A stretch of DNA of 64,000 nucleotides from Candidatus Woesearchaeota archaeon (GTDB lineage Archaea; Nanobdellota; Nanobdellia; Woesearchaeales; JAZDKJ01): assembly GCA_043803105.1 (NCBI GenBank), contig JAZDKJ010000008.1, forward strand, positions 106,787 through 170,786, given 5' to 3'. The position numbers were made by a program, and so were the translations under genes. Each line of letters begins with the position of its first letter. Position 1 is the stretch's first letter. Below the pieces are notes generated by a model. That model saw only the letters and a program-made list of their open reading frames with translations, did not search any database and was not told the DNA's origin. Below are positions 30,137-40,166 of this stretch, piece by piece.

Positions 30137-30185
30137 TAATGCCCCAATTATTCACAAAAAGGTATTATGACCGAACGGGGCACTT
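30137..30185 (+). repeat. 49-bp cassette-boundary repeat, copy 2
   Basis: TAATGCCCCAATTATTCACAAAAAGGTATTATGACCGAACGGGGCACTT. Confidence 0.92.
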
Positions 30186-30241
30186 ATTTTTCTCGAAACG
30201 ATTAGCAATGTTTATATAGAAATAAATGTTATGGTGTCATA

Positions 30242-30451
30242 ATGACCACGAAGTATACAATAATAATTGAGAAGGATGAGGATGGCTGGCTAGTGTCTGA
30301 GGTAGTGGGTTTGCCGGGTTGCCATACTCAGGCTAAAACCATTGAGGAGCTTTTAAAGAGAACAAAGGAAGCAATAAAGGCATATCTGGAAGATGAAGAC
30401 ACACCTGAGATTTCTGGAGAGTTTGTAGGAGTGCAGCAAATAGAGGTGTAG
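30242..30451 (+). CDS. hicB: HicB family antitoxin
   Basis: IEKDEDGW...LPGCHTQAKT.EEL....EAI. Confidence 0.92.
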   Translation: MTTKYTIIIEKDEDGWLVSEVVGLPGCHTQAKTIEELLKRTKEAIKAYLEDEDTPEISGEFVGVQQIEV

Positions 30452-30454
30452 TTC

Positions 30455-30688
30455 GTGAACAAACTGCCTAAGCTGACAGGCAAAGAATTGGGCAAAATTA
30501 TTGAACGGTTTGGTTTTACCTACAGCCACACGACTGGAAGCCATATGGTTTACAAGCATCTTGATGGAAGGAAAACAACAATACCCCATCATTCAGGCGA
30601 AGAGATTGGCCCTGGGCTTTTGAACAAGATTATAAAGAGAGATTTGCAGATAACAAGAGAGAAATTTATTTCTAAGGTGGATGAATAA
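30455..30688 (+). CDS. hicA: HicA family mRNA interferase toxin
   Basis: GF......GSHMVYKH.DGRKTTIPHH...IGPGLL. Confidence 0.92.
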   Translation: MNKLPKLTGKELGKIIERFGFTYSHTTGSHMVYKHLDGRKTTIPHHSGEEIGPGLLNKIIKRDLQITREKFISKVDE

Positions 30689-30705
30689 AAATCCCGAACG
30701 GGGCA
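30688..30705 (+). repeat. Exact copy of the tRNA-Glu 3' end (attR-like)
   Basis: AAAATCCCGAACGGGGCA identical to 26110-26127 and 6898-6915. Confidence 0.9.
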
Positions 30706-30838
30706 CTTTCTTTTCTCGTAATATTTGAACCATAATTTTGACGTGCATTAACCTTTTGCTCAAGTGATATTCTATAATAGTTATCTTGCAGAAGCGAAAT
30801 TGTTATCAATAAGAAGTAACTACCTACACCACGCTAAA

Positions 30839-32392
30839 ATGGCAAAGGATATCGCAAACAACCTTGGCGCTGCGTTGACACAGCTGGGCATCGAAGATAA
30901 GTTTCTTTCCAATGGCGAGCTAACCAGCTTTCCGCTCGTTGACAGGGGGAGAATTGCGAACGGCATCATAGAAGAGAAACTAGGATCTGGAAAATGGACT
31001 ACAGTAGTCCACCTCTTATTTGGCAGCAACGCACATGCCCATGCACTCTATGAAGGAGACTACGAGCAGCTGAAAAAAGACATTTTGCAGTCTGCGCTAA
31101 GCAGCAGCAGAGAATATTATGACATGGACAAGGTGGCCAAGGACCTGGCAGACAGCAAAGAGTTTGACCTGTTGTTTAAGATTGCCTGTAGTATCCCAAT
31201 CAATTATGATGAATTCAACAAACTTACTTACCACTTTCCAAAAGGATTTTTTGATGGCCAAAACTTGCAAATGTTGCACAATGTGGCAGGGAAAAAAGCA
31301 TTAGAAGAAAATAAGCCTGACTCTGCTGCTTATCACTTCACAGAAAGCGGCGACAAAGAGAATCTGAAGGCTGCTTTTGAAGCGATGCTGACGCATTCAG
31401 CTCAAAGACATACGGACAGTCTGGAAAAGATTGCACTTTTTTTCCCAAAAGAACAAGCAGAAATGCTAAAGAGAATTATCCTCTCGACTTGCTCAGAAAA
31501 AAGTGGTACGGTAAGTGCCCTCAAACTCTATTGGAAGTATGTGGGGACAAATTTAACCCTTCCTGAACATGATGTAAACAAGCTTTATTCCAATGCTGCT
31601 TCTGAAGCAGTTAGATTTGACGTGACCAGACTGCCCTTTTTGAAGGATGCTAGACTATGCTTGCTGTGGGCAAAAAAGCATGCCAAATCAGAACCACAGG
31701 CATCATACAGAATATTCAATGCTCTGGGTTATAAAGGCAAAGAAGTTCAAACTGCTGTTCTTTCAGGCCTTGAAATTGAAAGGTACCAGCATGAAGACCA
31801 GGTTCTCACACCGCAAGACATTCAAAAGGAACATTTAGAATCAGCGTATAAACTTGCTTCATTCAAAGTTAAGGTTGTGATTGCAAAACATCAAAAGAAT
31901 AACAGAAGACTGCAAAAGTTGAGCAAGCAGGCAGAACAAAAAGAGGACTTGAGGGAAGCCTATTGGTTGTGGACTGCTGGCAATGGCAACTTTGAAAGCA
32001 AATACCTTACCAACATTAGGAAACGGCTCATCGAAAAGGAGATAAAAAAAGGTTCTTGTTGGATGTCCTTTATAGAAAAGAATGACAGGCCTGGCAAGCT
32101 GCAGGCTTATGATGCTCTCATGCAGGAACGCCAACAGCAGAGATATCGGTTTGTTGAAGTTGCTTACGAACTGGCAAGAAGTTTGTCAGACCAAGAAAGA
32201 ATGCAAAGAGCACGCGAGCAAATGGTAAATTTGAACGCTCAGCGAGCCCTGGAAGCATTTGTTAAGGATAAAAAGGAGCCAGACAAAACTGGAATTGAAT
32301 ATCTTGTAAATGTCATGGCACAACGGTTTAAGGTGGAAGCGCCAACCCTTGCAAGAATAGTAGAAAAATATGCTTCAGGCTTGTCAATTTGA
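30839..32392 (+). CDS. Hypothetical alpha-helical repeat protein
   Basis: >500-aa ORF; probable start MAKDIA. Confidence 0.65.
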   Translation: MAKDIANNLGAALTQLGIEDKFLSNGELTSFPLVDRGRIANGIIEEKLGSGKWTTVVHLLFGSNAHAHALYEGDYEQLKKDILQSALSSSREYYDMDKVAKDLADSKEFDLLFKIACSIPINYDEFNKLTYHFPKGFFDGQNLQMLHNVAGKKALEENKPDSAAYHFTESGDKENLKAAFEAMLTHSAQRHTDSLEKIALFFPKEQAEMLKRIILSTCSEKSGTVSALKLYWKYVGTNLTLPEHDVNKLYSNAASEAVRFDVTRLPFLKDARLCLLWAKKHAKSEPQASYRIFNALGYKGKEVQTAVLSGLEIERYQHEDQVLTPQDIQKEHLESAYKLASFKVKVVIAKHQKNNRRLQKLSKQAEQKEDLREAYWLWTAGNGNFESKYLTNIRKRLIEKEIKKGSCWMSFIEKNDRPGKLQAYDALMQERQQQRYRFVEVAYELARSLSDQERMQRAREQMVNLNAQRALEAFVKDKKEPDKTGIEYLVNVMAQRFKVEAPTLARIVEKYASGLSI

Positions 32393-32401
32393 ATTCTTGA
32401 C

Positions 32402-34525
32402 TTAGGCGGTGGGGTTTTCCTGCAGCACCTTAATTACATCCTGCTCCTTCGAGATAGGGTAATATTGCAATGGATTGATAGACCTTGGGAAGAGGGTGCC
32501 TACACCGAGCGGCTTGATGTCTTTATACATCTCGGTAAATCGCTCTTGTATTACTTTGGGCTCAAGGCTTGTTTTTTCAGTCCAATAATCGATTCTTTCC
32601 AACAGAAAATAATTCCTGGAAGCAACAAAGAAAAACTCCGCAACAATCTCCCCCTTGATCACCTTCTCGAGACTTGTGCTAAGGGTCTGCCATTTTTCTT
32701 GACTGTAGCTTTTCCCAAGTGCACTCTGCCAGAGGTTCCTGATATATTTCTTCGCATGGAATGCACCCAGGCCAATTGACTCGCCTGCCACATGGAGGAA
32801 TCCATCCCGCTGAGTGCAGGCGAACCTGCAACCTTCATTGGAGCTTGGATCCTGAGCATAGACATCAGGCTGGTTTAGTGCCTGGTAGAAAGCAGACAAA
32901 GCCTCGCGTTTGGTCACATGATGGTGGTCCAATTTTTTAATCAGGACTACCCTGGCATCACCTTTGGAGAGCACCCTGACCAGCGAACCTTTGCATTTAT
33001 CAGCAGCCTTAACAAGATCCTCTGTCTGGCAGTCAAGCTCGCGTGCTATCTGTTGCGGGGCGAAAGGGGAATAACCCTTAATCATTTCAAAAATAAAGTC
33101 AACAGACTGCTTGGAAAAAGTTTTTGGCGAGGTTGTTTGAGCCCAATTGCCAATAAGCGGCTCAATGCCAGATGCGTTAGCGGGAATACCATCTCGGAGA
33201 AATCTGGTGATGATATCTTCATAGAAATAGTCTCCGTTCATTGCATACTGGCTCAGGGATTGATATATACCTATAAGGGCATCCATCTCCATGTCCTTTG
33301 GCATCAGCATGGCAATCTGACTCTTGCCATCAGTGTATTTGGCAGAGTAGACTGTAATACGCTCGTCAAAGCATTCCTTCATGACATTAATCACTGAAGT
33401 CAAATCACCTGGGCCTGTGCCTTTGCCAAGTTTCTCACAAAGGATTTTGATTGGAAGGGCCTTTTTGACCTGAAGCTCATAGTCTATTTTCTCCAAACCC
33501 CCAGTTATTTTATCGTTTGGGTCAAGGGAGCATAAGGCTCGGATCATTGTCTCTGCAAATTTTTCGGAAACTGGATAGGTTGTGTTGAACCTGGCGATTG
33601 CTGCTTGCAGGCTTGTAGGATACTCATACTCAAACTCTTGAATGGGCGGAGCATTTTTCACAATCTCAGACAATTTAGGAGCAGGCTTAGGAACCTCAAC
33701 AGACTTTTGTGGCGCTTCCAATGCATTCAACCTGTCTGACAAATCTGGAACCGGGCCATGCTCTGGTTCTGAGTCTTTGGCCAAGGGAGTATCCTGCGTC
33801 TTTTCCAGAAAAGGTTTGTTTATCTTAGCGATTCTGTTTTGCATCTCACGCAGATATATACCTGCAAGATCTTCAATTTTCATATCTTGGGGAATGAGCA
33901 TAGCCACTCGCCTGGGTCCTGTAGAGCCCGGCGCAGCATACACAGTTATCCGTTTGTCTTCGCAATGCTTCATAATATTAATCAAAGAAGCAGGATCGCT
34001 TTCGCCTTTACTGTCGGCAATGTACCTGGATAGCAATGTGATGGGCAAAGGCCTCTTAGCCTGCAGTTCATAATCTATTTTTTCAAGACCTTCTGCTATG
34101 CAGCCATCAAGGTCAAGGCGGCAGACTGCACGAATCATGGTCTCGGCAAATCTTTCATCAACACCGTATAGGATATTGAAACGGTCAATTGCATCTTGGA
34201 CACCTACAGGGTAAATATATGCCAATTCCTCCGTAGGCTGCAAATCGATGTTCAAATGGTTGGCCACTTCTCGGATTGTTTCACGCTCGGAATGCGCAGG
34301 ATGTTCTTTGTCCCCTCCCAAAGGAGGAGGATTCAAAATCTGTTCTAGAAGAGATTTCTTTTCAATGACCCTGCGGAGGAGCATTATTCTGCGCCGGAGA
34401 TATGATTTCTCATCAGGTGATTCGGCTGAGGCAGAGAGCTTGTCAAGCCTTCTTGGTATGAAGGTGAGATAGTGCTGTGTCTCCTTAAAGACTGAATCTA
34501 TCTGTTCTTTGAATTCGGGTCTCAT
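32402..34525 (-). CDS. Hypothetical protein with duplicated ~125-aa domain
   Basis: FAETMIRA.C.LD....I..GLEKIDYELQ occurs twice. Confidence 0.75.
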   Translation of the reverse strand: MRPEFKEQIDSVFKETQHYLTFIPRRLDKLSASAESPDEKSYLRRRIMLLRRVIEKKSLLEQILNPPPLGGDKEHPAHSERETIREVANHLNIDLQPTEELAYIYPVGVQDAIDRFNILYGVDERFAETMIRAVCRLDLDGCIAEGLEKIDYELQAKRPLPITLLSRYIADSKGESDPASLINIMKHCEDKRITVYAAPGSTGPRRVAMLIPQDMKIEDLAGIYLREMQNRIAKINKPFLEKTQDTPLAKDSEPEHGPVPDLSDRLNALEAPQKSVEVPKPAPKLSEIVKNAPPIQEFEYEYPTSLQAAIARFNTTYPVSEKFAETMIRALCSLDPNDKITGGLEKIDYELQVKKALPIKILCEKLGKGTGPGDLTSVINVMKECFDERITVYSAKYTDGKSQIAMLMPKDMEMDALIGIYQSLSQYAMNGDYFYEDIITRFLRDGIPANASGIEPLIGNWAQTTSPKTFSKQSVDFIFEMIKGYSPFAPQQIARELDCQTEDLVKAADKCKGSLVRVLSKGDARVVLIKKLDHHHVTKREALSAFYQALNQPDVYAQDPSSNEGCRFACTQRDGFLHVAGESIGLGAFHAKKYIRNLWQSALGKSYSQEKWQTLSTSLEKVIKGEIVAEFFFVASRNYFLLERIDYWTEKTSLEPKVIQERFTEMYKDIKPLGVGTLFPRSINPLQYYPISKEQDVIKVLQENPTA

Positions 34526-34657
34526 AATCCAGCCCCCAAGAAGACTTGAGGATTTTGCACCTCTCAACACATGTTGTGCTGGGCTGATTTAAAAAGTTTT
34601 CGAGGATTAATCATAGAGCTTGCTTTCTCCTGCTTGTCATTGGCAGTATTCCGGGAA

Positions 34658-35692
34658 TCACTGAACAATGGTGCGCTCATCGTGACGCTCCAAAGGCCAT
34701 AGAGACCTATAGCTCTGAACAGATTCAAATCTCGGCATACCTCTATGGATTTCTGTGAATATTTCTCTTGCATTGAGATAGTATTCCAGATCCTGCAGGG
34801 GCAAGGGACTTTTGGCGCTTGTAGGCTGGTAATTAGGTCCTGTCGGCGCAATTGAGATAACATCCTTTAGCAAGAAAAATCCTTTTTTCATTTCTGGGAG
34901 TTCGTCAATTCCAAAGATATACAGATAATTTGTCTCCATTCCTGACTCCCTAGCGCTTCCCAGTATACTTCGTATTTCTTCTAAAGTGATTCTACCTTTT
35001 TCTCTGGGCATTACTTTTGTCCTATTTGTGAAACACTCAACAGTAAAAGCAAGGATAACATCTCCATAAGTCGAAAGCTCCTTTAGTGAGTTTCTGCTCC
35101 GTAATTCATGAGAGGCAACATAGAATTTACCGCGAAAATTTCTTTTAATCGCTTCTTCAATATATCCTTCAAATAGTTTCAGGGCATCGCTCTCATTTCC
35201 AGCACAACTTGTAAGAACAGAGATTTGCCTCAGGTGCTCGAGATTACGCAATTCGTAATCCTGCATGACCTTACCAAACAACTGCTGTTTGGATAATTGA
35301 ATTGAGTATCTGCTGTTTCCACGTTTAGCTGTATCCTCACAAAATAAACATTTCTGATCACAAGCCTCCATAAAAGTTGAATTGATAACCAGAATATCCT
35401 TGCCACGAAAATAATATGGTTCTCCTAAGTCTTCCATAATAGAGTCCACAGTAAATCCCGTCTCACTACCCTTATAATAGACAATGTTTTGCTGTACCTG
35501 ATATGGACTATTCTTATTATTCCAGAAGGGTTTATCATGGCGAGTTTTATCTGGAGCTGTAAAAAAAGCCTTCAATTTGAAAATAGTTCCGTCCAAACTT
35601 GTGGAAAGTCCTACTCGCATTATGTTCAACAGGTGTAAAGACGCAAGGGGCTCATTATACTTCATAGCGAGTGCTGCCAACTCATCAGTCAT
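34658..35692 (-). CDS. Radical SAM protein of unknown function
   Basis: CDQKCLFC motif; FTVECF; YIFGID. Confidence 0.75.
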   Translation of the reverse strand: MTDELAALAMKYNEPLASLHLLNIMRVGLSTSLDGTIFKLKAFFTAPDKTRHDKPFWNNKNSPYQVQQNIVYYKGSETGFTVDSIMEDLGEPYYFRGKDILVINSTFMEACDQKCLFCEDTAKRGNSRYSIQLSKQQLFGKVMQDYELRNLEHLRQISVLTSCAGNESDALKLFEGYIEEAIKRNFRGKFYVASHELRSRNSLKELSTYGDVILAFTVECFTNRTKVMPREKGRITLEEIRSILGSARESGMETNYLYIFGIDELPEMKKGFFLLKDVISIAPTGPNYQPTSAKSPLPLQDLEYYLNAREIFTEIHRGMPRFESVQSYRSLWPLERHDERTIVQ

Positions 35693-35729
35693 AAGACAAA
35701 GAATGGCTATAACACTTTTAAAGTTTGCC

Positions 35730-36179
35730 TCAAGCAGGACTCGATATTTCAACAACCTTTATCTTGAAGGTAAGGTGCTTGCCTGCCAAGGGATGGTTAA
35801 GATCAATGGTGATAATCTTGTCGTCTACATCAGTGATAAGCGCAGGAAACTTCTGACCCGTGTTTGTGGAAATTGCAAGCATCATACCTGGCTTGATCTC
35901 TTGTTCGCTTGGAAGACGCTCCCTAGGCACCTGCTTGATAAGTTTTGCGTCATGATCTCCATATGCCTCAATGGTAGGGATGTGAACAGTCTTTTCCTCT
36001 TGAAGCTTCATGCCAAGCACAGCCTGGTCAAAGCCCTTAATCATCATGCCTGCACCAACCTCAAACTCAAGAGGCTGGCCATGCTGAGCGGAGCTGTCAA
36101 AGACAGAGCCATCATCAAAAGTGCCAGTATAGTCAACCTTTATTGTATCTCCTTTTCTTACGCGTGGTTGATTTGCCAT
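35730..36179 (-). CDS. FKBP-type peptidyl-prolyl isomerase (SlyD-like)
   Basis: GSVFDSS, EAYG, DLNHPLAGK. Confidence 0.95.
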   Translation of the reverse strand: MANQPRVRKGDTIKVDYTGTFDDGSVFDSSAQHGQPLEFEVGAGMMIKGFDQAVLGMKLQEEKTVHIPTIEAYGDHDAKLIKQVPRERLPSEQEIKPGMMLAISTNTGQKFPALITDVDDKIITIDLNHPLAGKHLTFKIKVVEISSPA

Positions 36180-36387
36180 AATCCTGTAGGGCTTTGCCTT
36201 GATTTATAAATGTTTTGGGGTCACTCAAGCTCCTGAGAAGCATGTATAAGATGCAGGACAACCTCAAAAAGATTGACCACCACAAGCTTAATAAAGCGCT
36301 CAGGTCTTCCTTAAAGCATGAAGACTTACAGGGAAGTATTCTCACCATAATTCTGTTTGACAGTCTTCATTTTACAGGGTGATTCTG

Positions 36388-37359
36388 ATGAAGAAAATAA
36401 TGCACTACAAGGATATCAAGCCAAGAATGGACATGTCAAGGTTTGCTGAGGTAAAGGGCTATGATTTTGAGAAGGAGTTTGACTTTTCCAAGTTCCTTTC
36501 TTCATACTCGACAACAGGATTCCAGGCGACAGCAGTCAGCCAAGCGATAGCGGTAATTAACCTGATGAGGAAAGAAAAAGCTACAATCTTCTTTGCGTAC
36601 ACTTCCAACATGGTGAGCAGCGGAATACGAGAGATAATCAAATACCTTGTAAAGAACAAGATGGTTGATGTTTTGGTAACCTCAGCAGGAGGGATAGAAG
36701 AAGACATAATGAAATGCTTAAGGCCATTTCACATAGGTAGCTTTGACATACCTGGAAAATACCTTCTCGAAAGGGGAGTGCACAGGACAGGAAACCTGCT
36801 TGTGCCAACAGACTGCTACACATACCTTGAGGAATTCATGGAACAGGTGTTCAAGAACCTGGAAGGAAAGACAGTGTGCACAACAGAACTGATAATGGAA
36901 ATGGGAAAATTGGTCAATGACGAAAGCTCTATCCTTTACTGGGCTAACAAGAACAACATACCGGTTTTCTGCCCAGGGATAACTGACGGCTCGATAGGGG
37001 ACCTCATCTTCTTTGAGAAACAGAGAAACAGCAAATTTGTCCTTGACGTTGCAGAGGACATGACGCGGATAGTCAAAATAGTGCTTGACAGCCAGAAGAC
37101 AGGGGCGATAATCCTTGGAGGCGGCATAGCAAAGCACTTCACGCTTAACGCAAACGTATTCAGGGATGGATTCGATTATGCAGTCTATGTAAACACTGCG
37201 CAAGAGTTTGACGGGTCTGATTCAGGGGCACGGGTTGATGAAGCAATAACGTGGGCGAAAGTGAAACCGAATGCTCCCAACGCAAAGGTGTTTGCTGATG
37301 CCACGATAGTTTTTCCGCTGATTGTGGCAGGAAGCTTTGCCAAAACCGATGCCAAATAG
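36388..37359 (+). CDS. dys: Deoxyhypusine synthase
   Basis: YTSNMVSSG, AGGIEED, GGGIAKH, DGSDSGA..DEAITWAK. Confidence 0.95.
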   Translation: MKKIMHYKDIKPRMDMSRFAEVKGYDFEKEFDFSKFLSSYSTTGFQATAVSQAIAVINLMRKEKATIFFAYTSNMVSSGIREIIKYLVKNKMVDVLVTSAGGIEEDIMKCLRPFHIGSFDIPGKYLLERGVHRTGNLLVPTDCYTYLEEFMEQVFKNLEGKTVCTTELIMEMGKLVNDESSILYWANKNNIPVFCPGITDGSIGDLIFFEKQRNSKFVLDVAEDMTRIVKIVLDSQKTGAIILGGGIAKHFTLNANVFRDGFDYAVYVNTAQEFDGSDSGARVDEAITWAKVKPNAPNAKVFADATIVFPLIVAGSFAKTDAK

Positions 37360-37547
37360 GCTTATTTCACATTAAGTGTTTTGCAGAAAGGGCTGTCATC
37401 TCCCAGGTTGGAATAATGAGCCTGGTTGTCACCTGAATTTCCTAAAGCTTATGTTTTGACTAGGAAGGTGTCAGAAAAATCCTTGCAATCTATCCACCTA
37501 TAATTGATGTCGTACGCAGACAGAAAGCAGACCAGCGCAATTAACAA

Positions 37548-38237
37548 TCATCCAGATGTCTTTTCGATAGGAGGCGTTGCCTTCTTTTTTATTACCAACA
37601 TAAAGTTGAACCCCAAATACTTTGTTAGTAAAAACCTGCTTAGGGATTCTTCTATCCTTGAATTGAATCTGAAAGGTAGGTATGCTACATACCCAGAATA
37701 CAAAACATCAGCATTGCTTAGCCTCTTTGCGTATTTTGGTAAAAAAATATATTTGTGTTTTCCTTCCTTGACTTTTAAGTGGAGCTTTTCAGCAAGCCAC
37801 ATTACTGGGGCCCACAATGGGTTTGGGGTGCTTAAGAAAGCTAACCCCCTATTTTTCAAAACTCTTATTACCTCATTCATTACCTTTAATGGGTCACCAA
37901 CATGTTCGAGTATGTCCATTGAAACAACAAAGTCAAAGCTTTCTGCCTTAAACATAAGGTGCTCTGCATCCCCCACCAGTAGATGGGCTTTTTTTACCTT
38001 GTTCCTTGCAACCCCGACCATGTTTTTTGATAAATCAATTCCATAAGCTTCTTTGAACATGGGCTCAGTCTTTTTTATCAGCTCTCCAGTTCCCACCCCA
38101 ATTTCTAGCATCCTGTTTTTGTTTACCTTGTACTTGTCTATTAACGATAGAATTTTGTTTGTTGCCTTGATCATATACCCGTTGAATCTTTCCTTGTCAT
38201 ATACCAAGGCGTTTTTTTCCAAGAAGTCTTCTTCCAT
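37548..38237 (-). CDS. Class I SAM-dependent methyltransferase
   Basis: LEIGVGTG, GIDLS, FDFVV, LEHV. Confidence 0.9.
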   Translation of the reverse strand: MEEDFLEKNALVYDKERFNGYMIKATNKILSLIDKYKVNKNRMLEIGVGTGELIKKTEPMFKEAYGIDLSKNMVGVARNKVKKAHLLVGDAEHLMFKAESFDFVVSMDILEHVGDPLKVMNEVIRVLKNRGLAFLSTPNPLWAPVMWLAEKLHLKVKEGKHKYIFLPKYAKRLSNADVLYSGYVAYLPFRFNSRIEESLSRFLLTKYLGFNFMLVIKKKATPPIEKTSG

Positions 38238-38238
38238 G

Positions 38239-39636
38239 TTATCCCCTTGTTATTTTTAGCAGTGCCCAAAAGCCCACTATTGTTTTTTTCAGGTCATAGA
38301 TTGATTTTATCCTCGATATCCTCTCAAGTGCGTATTTCGGCCTGTAGTAGAATTTTTTGTACGCCCATTTCATGTATTTCTCTAATTCGTCGTTTGATAG
38401 GTGTTCTGTTTCTATTACTGTTGCCTGTGACTGGTCTAGCGCAGACCATTCCCTTGTAAGTATCAGCTTGCGCCTATTGAAGTCTTCGAATATTTTTGTG
38501 CCCGGGTACGGTGTTAGTATGTTGAAGCTCACAAGTGTTGGGTTAACCTTTTTTGCAAATTCCACTGTCCTCCTTATTGTCTCTGCAGATTCCATTGGTG
38601 CTCCGAACATGAAATGCGCTACAGTCTCTATGTTATATTTGTGTGCTAGCTTGAATGCGTTTTCTATTTGTTCTAGCTTTATTCCTTTTTTGTAGTAATC
38701 AAGTATTTCCTGGCAGCCTGATTCTACTCCGAATAAAATAGTGCGACAGCCAGCTTTTTTCATCAGCCAAATTACTTCATCATCGATTGTGTCTACCCTT
38801 GAGCTGCACACCCACTTCAGGTTGAGTTTTTCCCCTGTTATGCGTTTCATAAGTTCAATGGTTCTTTTGCGGTTTAATGCAAATGTTTCGTCGTTGAAAA
38901 TAACCTCGTTGATGCCCACTGACTTTATAAATTTCAGCTCTTCTACTATCCTTTTTGGGGACTTGTAGCGTACTTTTTTTCCGTTCATTAATCCAGCGTT
39001 GCAGAACGTGCATGGGTAGGGGCATCCCCTGCTTGACTCCACCACTGTGAATAGTCTGTTTTTTACAAATGGTGCCCTGTAAACTGGTTTTAGTAAGTCA
39101 TGTGTTGGTAATGGTAGCTTGTCCAGATCTTCCAGGAGTTTTTCCTTGCCGTAGTATGATATTTCTTTGCCTTTTCTCTTCCACACGCCTTTTATTCTGG
39201 TTTCATTTGCATAGAGTTTTATGAGTGCTGTTTCTGGCTCTCCTTCAATGATGTAGTCAACATTCTGGTATTTCTTCAGTATATTTTCTGCTTCTGCGCT
39301 TGCAAAAGAGCCTATGAACACAACCTTGAAGTCGTATACTTTTTTAATTTCATCTAGTGTCTCTATCTCTTTTTCTAGCAGCGTTGGCAATGGCTCTGAG
39401 ATTGCCAGGTCTGGTCTTATTTCTATGAATCTTTTTTTGAACTCTTTCTCTTTTATGCCCTCGTTATCCCCGTCCAGGAACCAGGTGTTTGAGTAGGTCC
39501 TTGCAACTCCAGCTATCGTGATTAGCTTGACAGGGGGCCATTTCTCACCGCCTTTGGATGAGCCGCCGCACCTTCCTATTCTTGCAAAGTTCTTGTCCGA
39601 AGGAATAGTGTAAACTAGAGTTTTCTTGAAGACCAT
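38239..39636 (-). CDS. B12-binding-type radical SAM protein (HpnJ-like)
   Basis: RxGRC...WPP N-terminus, SRGCPYPCTFC, FGVESG, TPYPGT. Confidence 0.88.
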   Translation of the reverse strand: MVFKKTLVYTIPSDKNFARIGRCGGSSKGGEKWPPVKLITIAGVARTYSNTWFLDGDNEGIKEKEFKKRFIEIRPDLAISEPLPTLLEKEIETLDEIKKVYDFKVVFIGSFASAEAENILKKYQNVDYIIEGEPETALIKLYANETRIKGVWKRKGKEISYYGKEKLLEDLDKLPLPTHDLLKPVYRAPFVKNRLFTVVESSRGCPYPCTFCNAGLMNGKKVRYKSPKRIVEELKFIKSVGINEVIFNDETFALNRKRTIELMKRITGEKLNLKWVCSSRVDTIDDEVIWLMKKAGCRTILFGVESGCQEILDYYKKGIKLEQIENAFKLAHKYNIETVAHFMFGAPMESAETIRRTVEFAKKVNPTLVSFNILTPYPGTKIFEDFNRRKLILTREWSALDQSQATVIETEHLSNDELEKYMKWAYKKFYYRPKYALERISRIKSIYDLKKTIVGFWALLKITRG

Positions 39637-39858
39637 CGCATACCCCTTGAGTATTCTGCTTGTGTGGCTAGTTCTTAAACATTTCTAAAACCCCGGAAAA
39701 ATTTCAAAGGACACACCATATTCGATAATTTGGGATCATCCTTGTGGGGTTCAACACAATCGACTAATTATCCTCAAAAACCTAAAACATTGTACGGTGC
39801 CACATCAGTAAGTTTTTATAGTTGAAAACAAGGACCCTGAATCTGAGGTGGTATAAGA

Positions 39859-40164
39859 ATGGGCATGAAATCTGAGTTCATGGACTTCTTGAAGGAATAC
39901 AAGGTCGTTGCCTTGGCAATTGCTTTCATAATAGGCGTTGCCGCCACATCTTTGATAAAATCGCTTGTGGATAGCATAATAATGCCGATAATCACGCCAT
40001 TCATACCTGGAGGGGCATGGGAGACAGCAACCTTTTCTTTTGGGCCGATTGTCATAGGATGGGGTTCTTTCCTTGGCGAACTGATAAACTTTGTAATCAT
40101 CGCATTTGTTGTTTTTGTGATCGCAAAGAAGGTCATGAAAGAAGGCAAAGTTACCAAGAAGTGA
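39859..40164 (+). CDS. mscL: Large-conductance mechanosensitive channel
   Basis: EF.DFL...VVALAIAFIIG, SLVDSIIMP, GSFL..LINFVII. Confidence 0.9.
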   Translation: MGMKSEFMDFLKEYKVVALAIAFIIGVAATSLIKSLVDSIIMPIITPFIPGGAWETATFSFGPIVIGWGSFLGELINFVIIAFVVFVIAKKVMKEGKVTKK

Positions 40165-40166
40165 AA

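Larger units (their letters stand above)
26128..30705. mobile_element. tRNA-Glu-anchored array of four gene cassettes
   Basis: Bounded by the tRNA 3' end and its exact 18-nt copy at 30688-30705; internal repeats separate unrelated cargo; no integrase in window. Confidence 0.7.

Noticed and set aside
27259-30705. Repeats as a CRISPR array
   Set aside because: Intervals are 0.5-1.8 kb and contain whole genes; no cas genes; the repeats derive from tRNA ends.
39687-39710. AAAACCCCGGAAAAATTTCAAAGG as another copy of the intron element
   Set aside because: Lacks both flanking hairpins; match is short and low-complexity.
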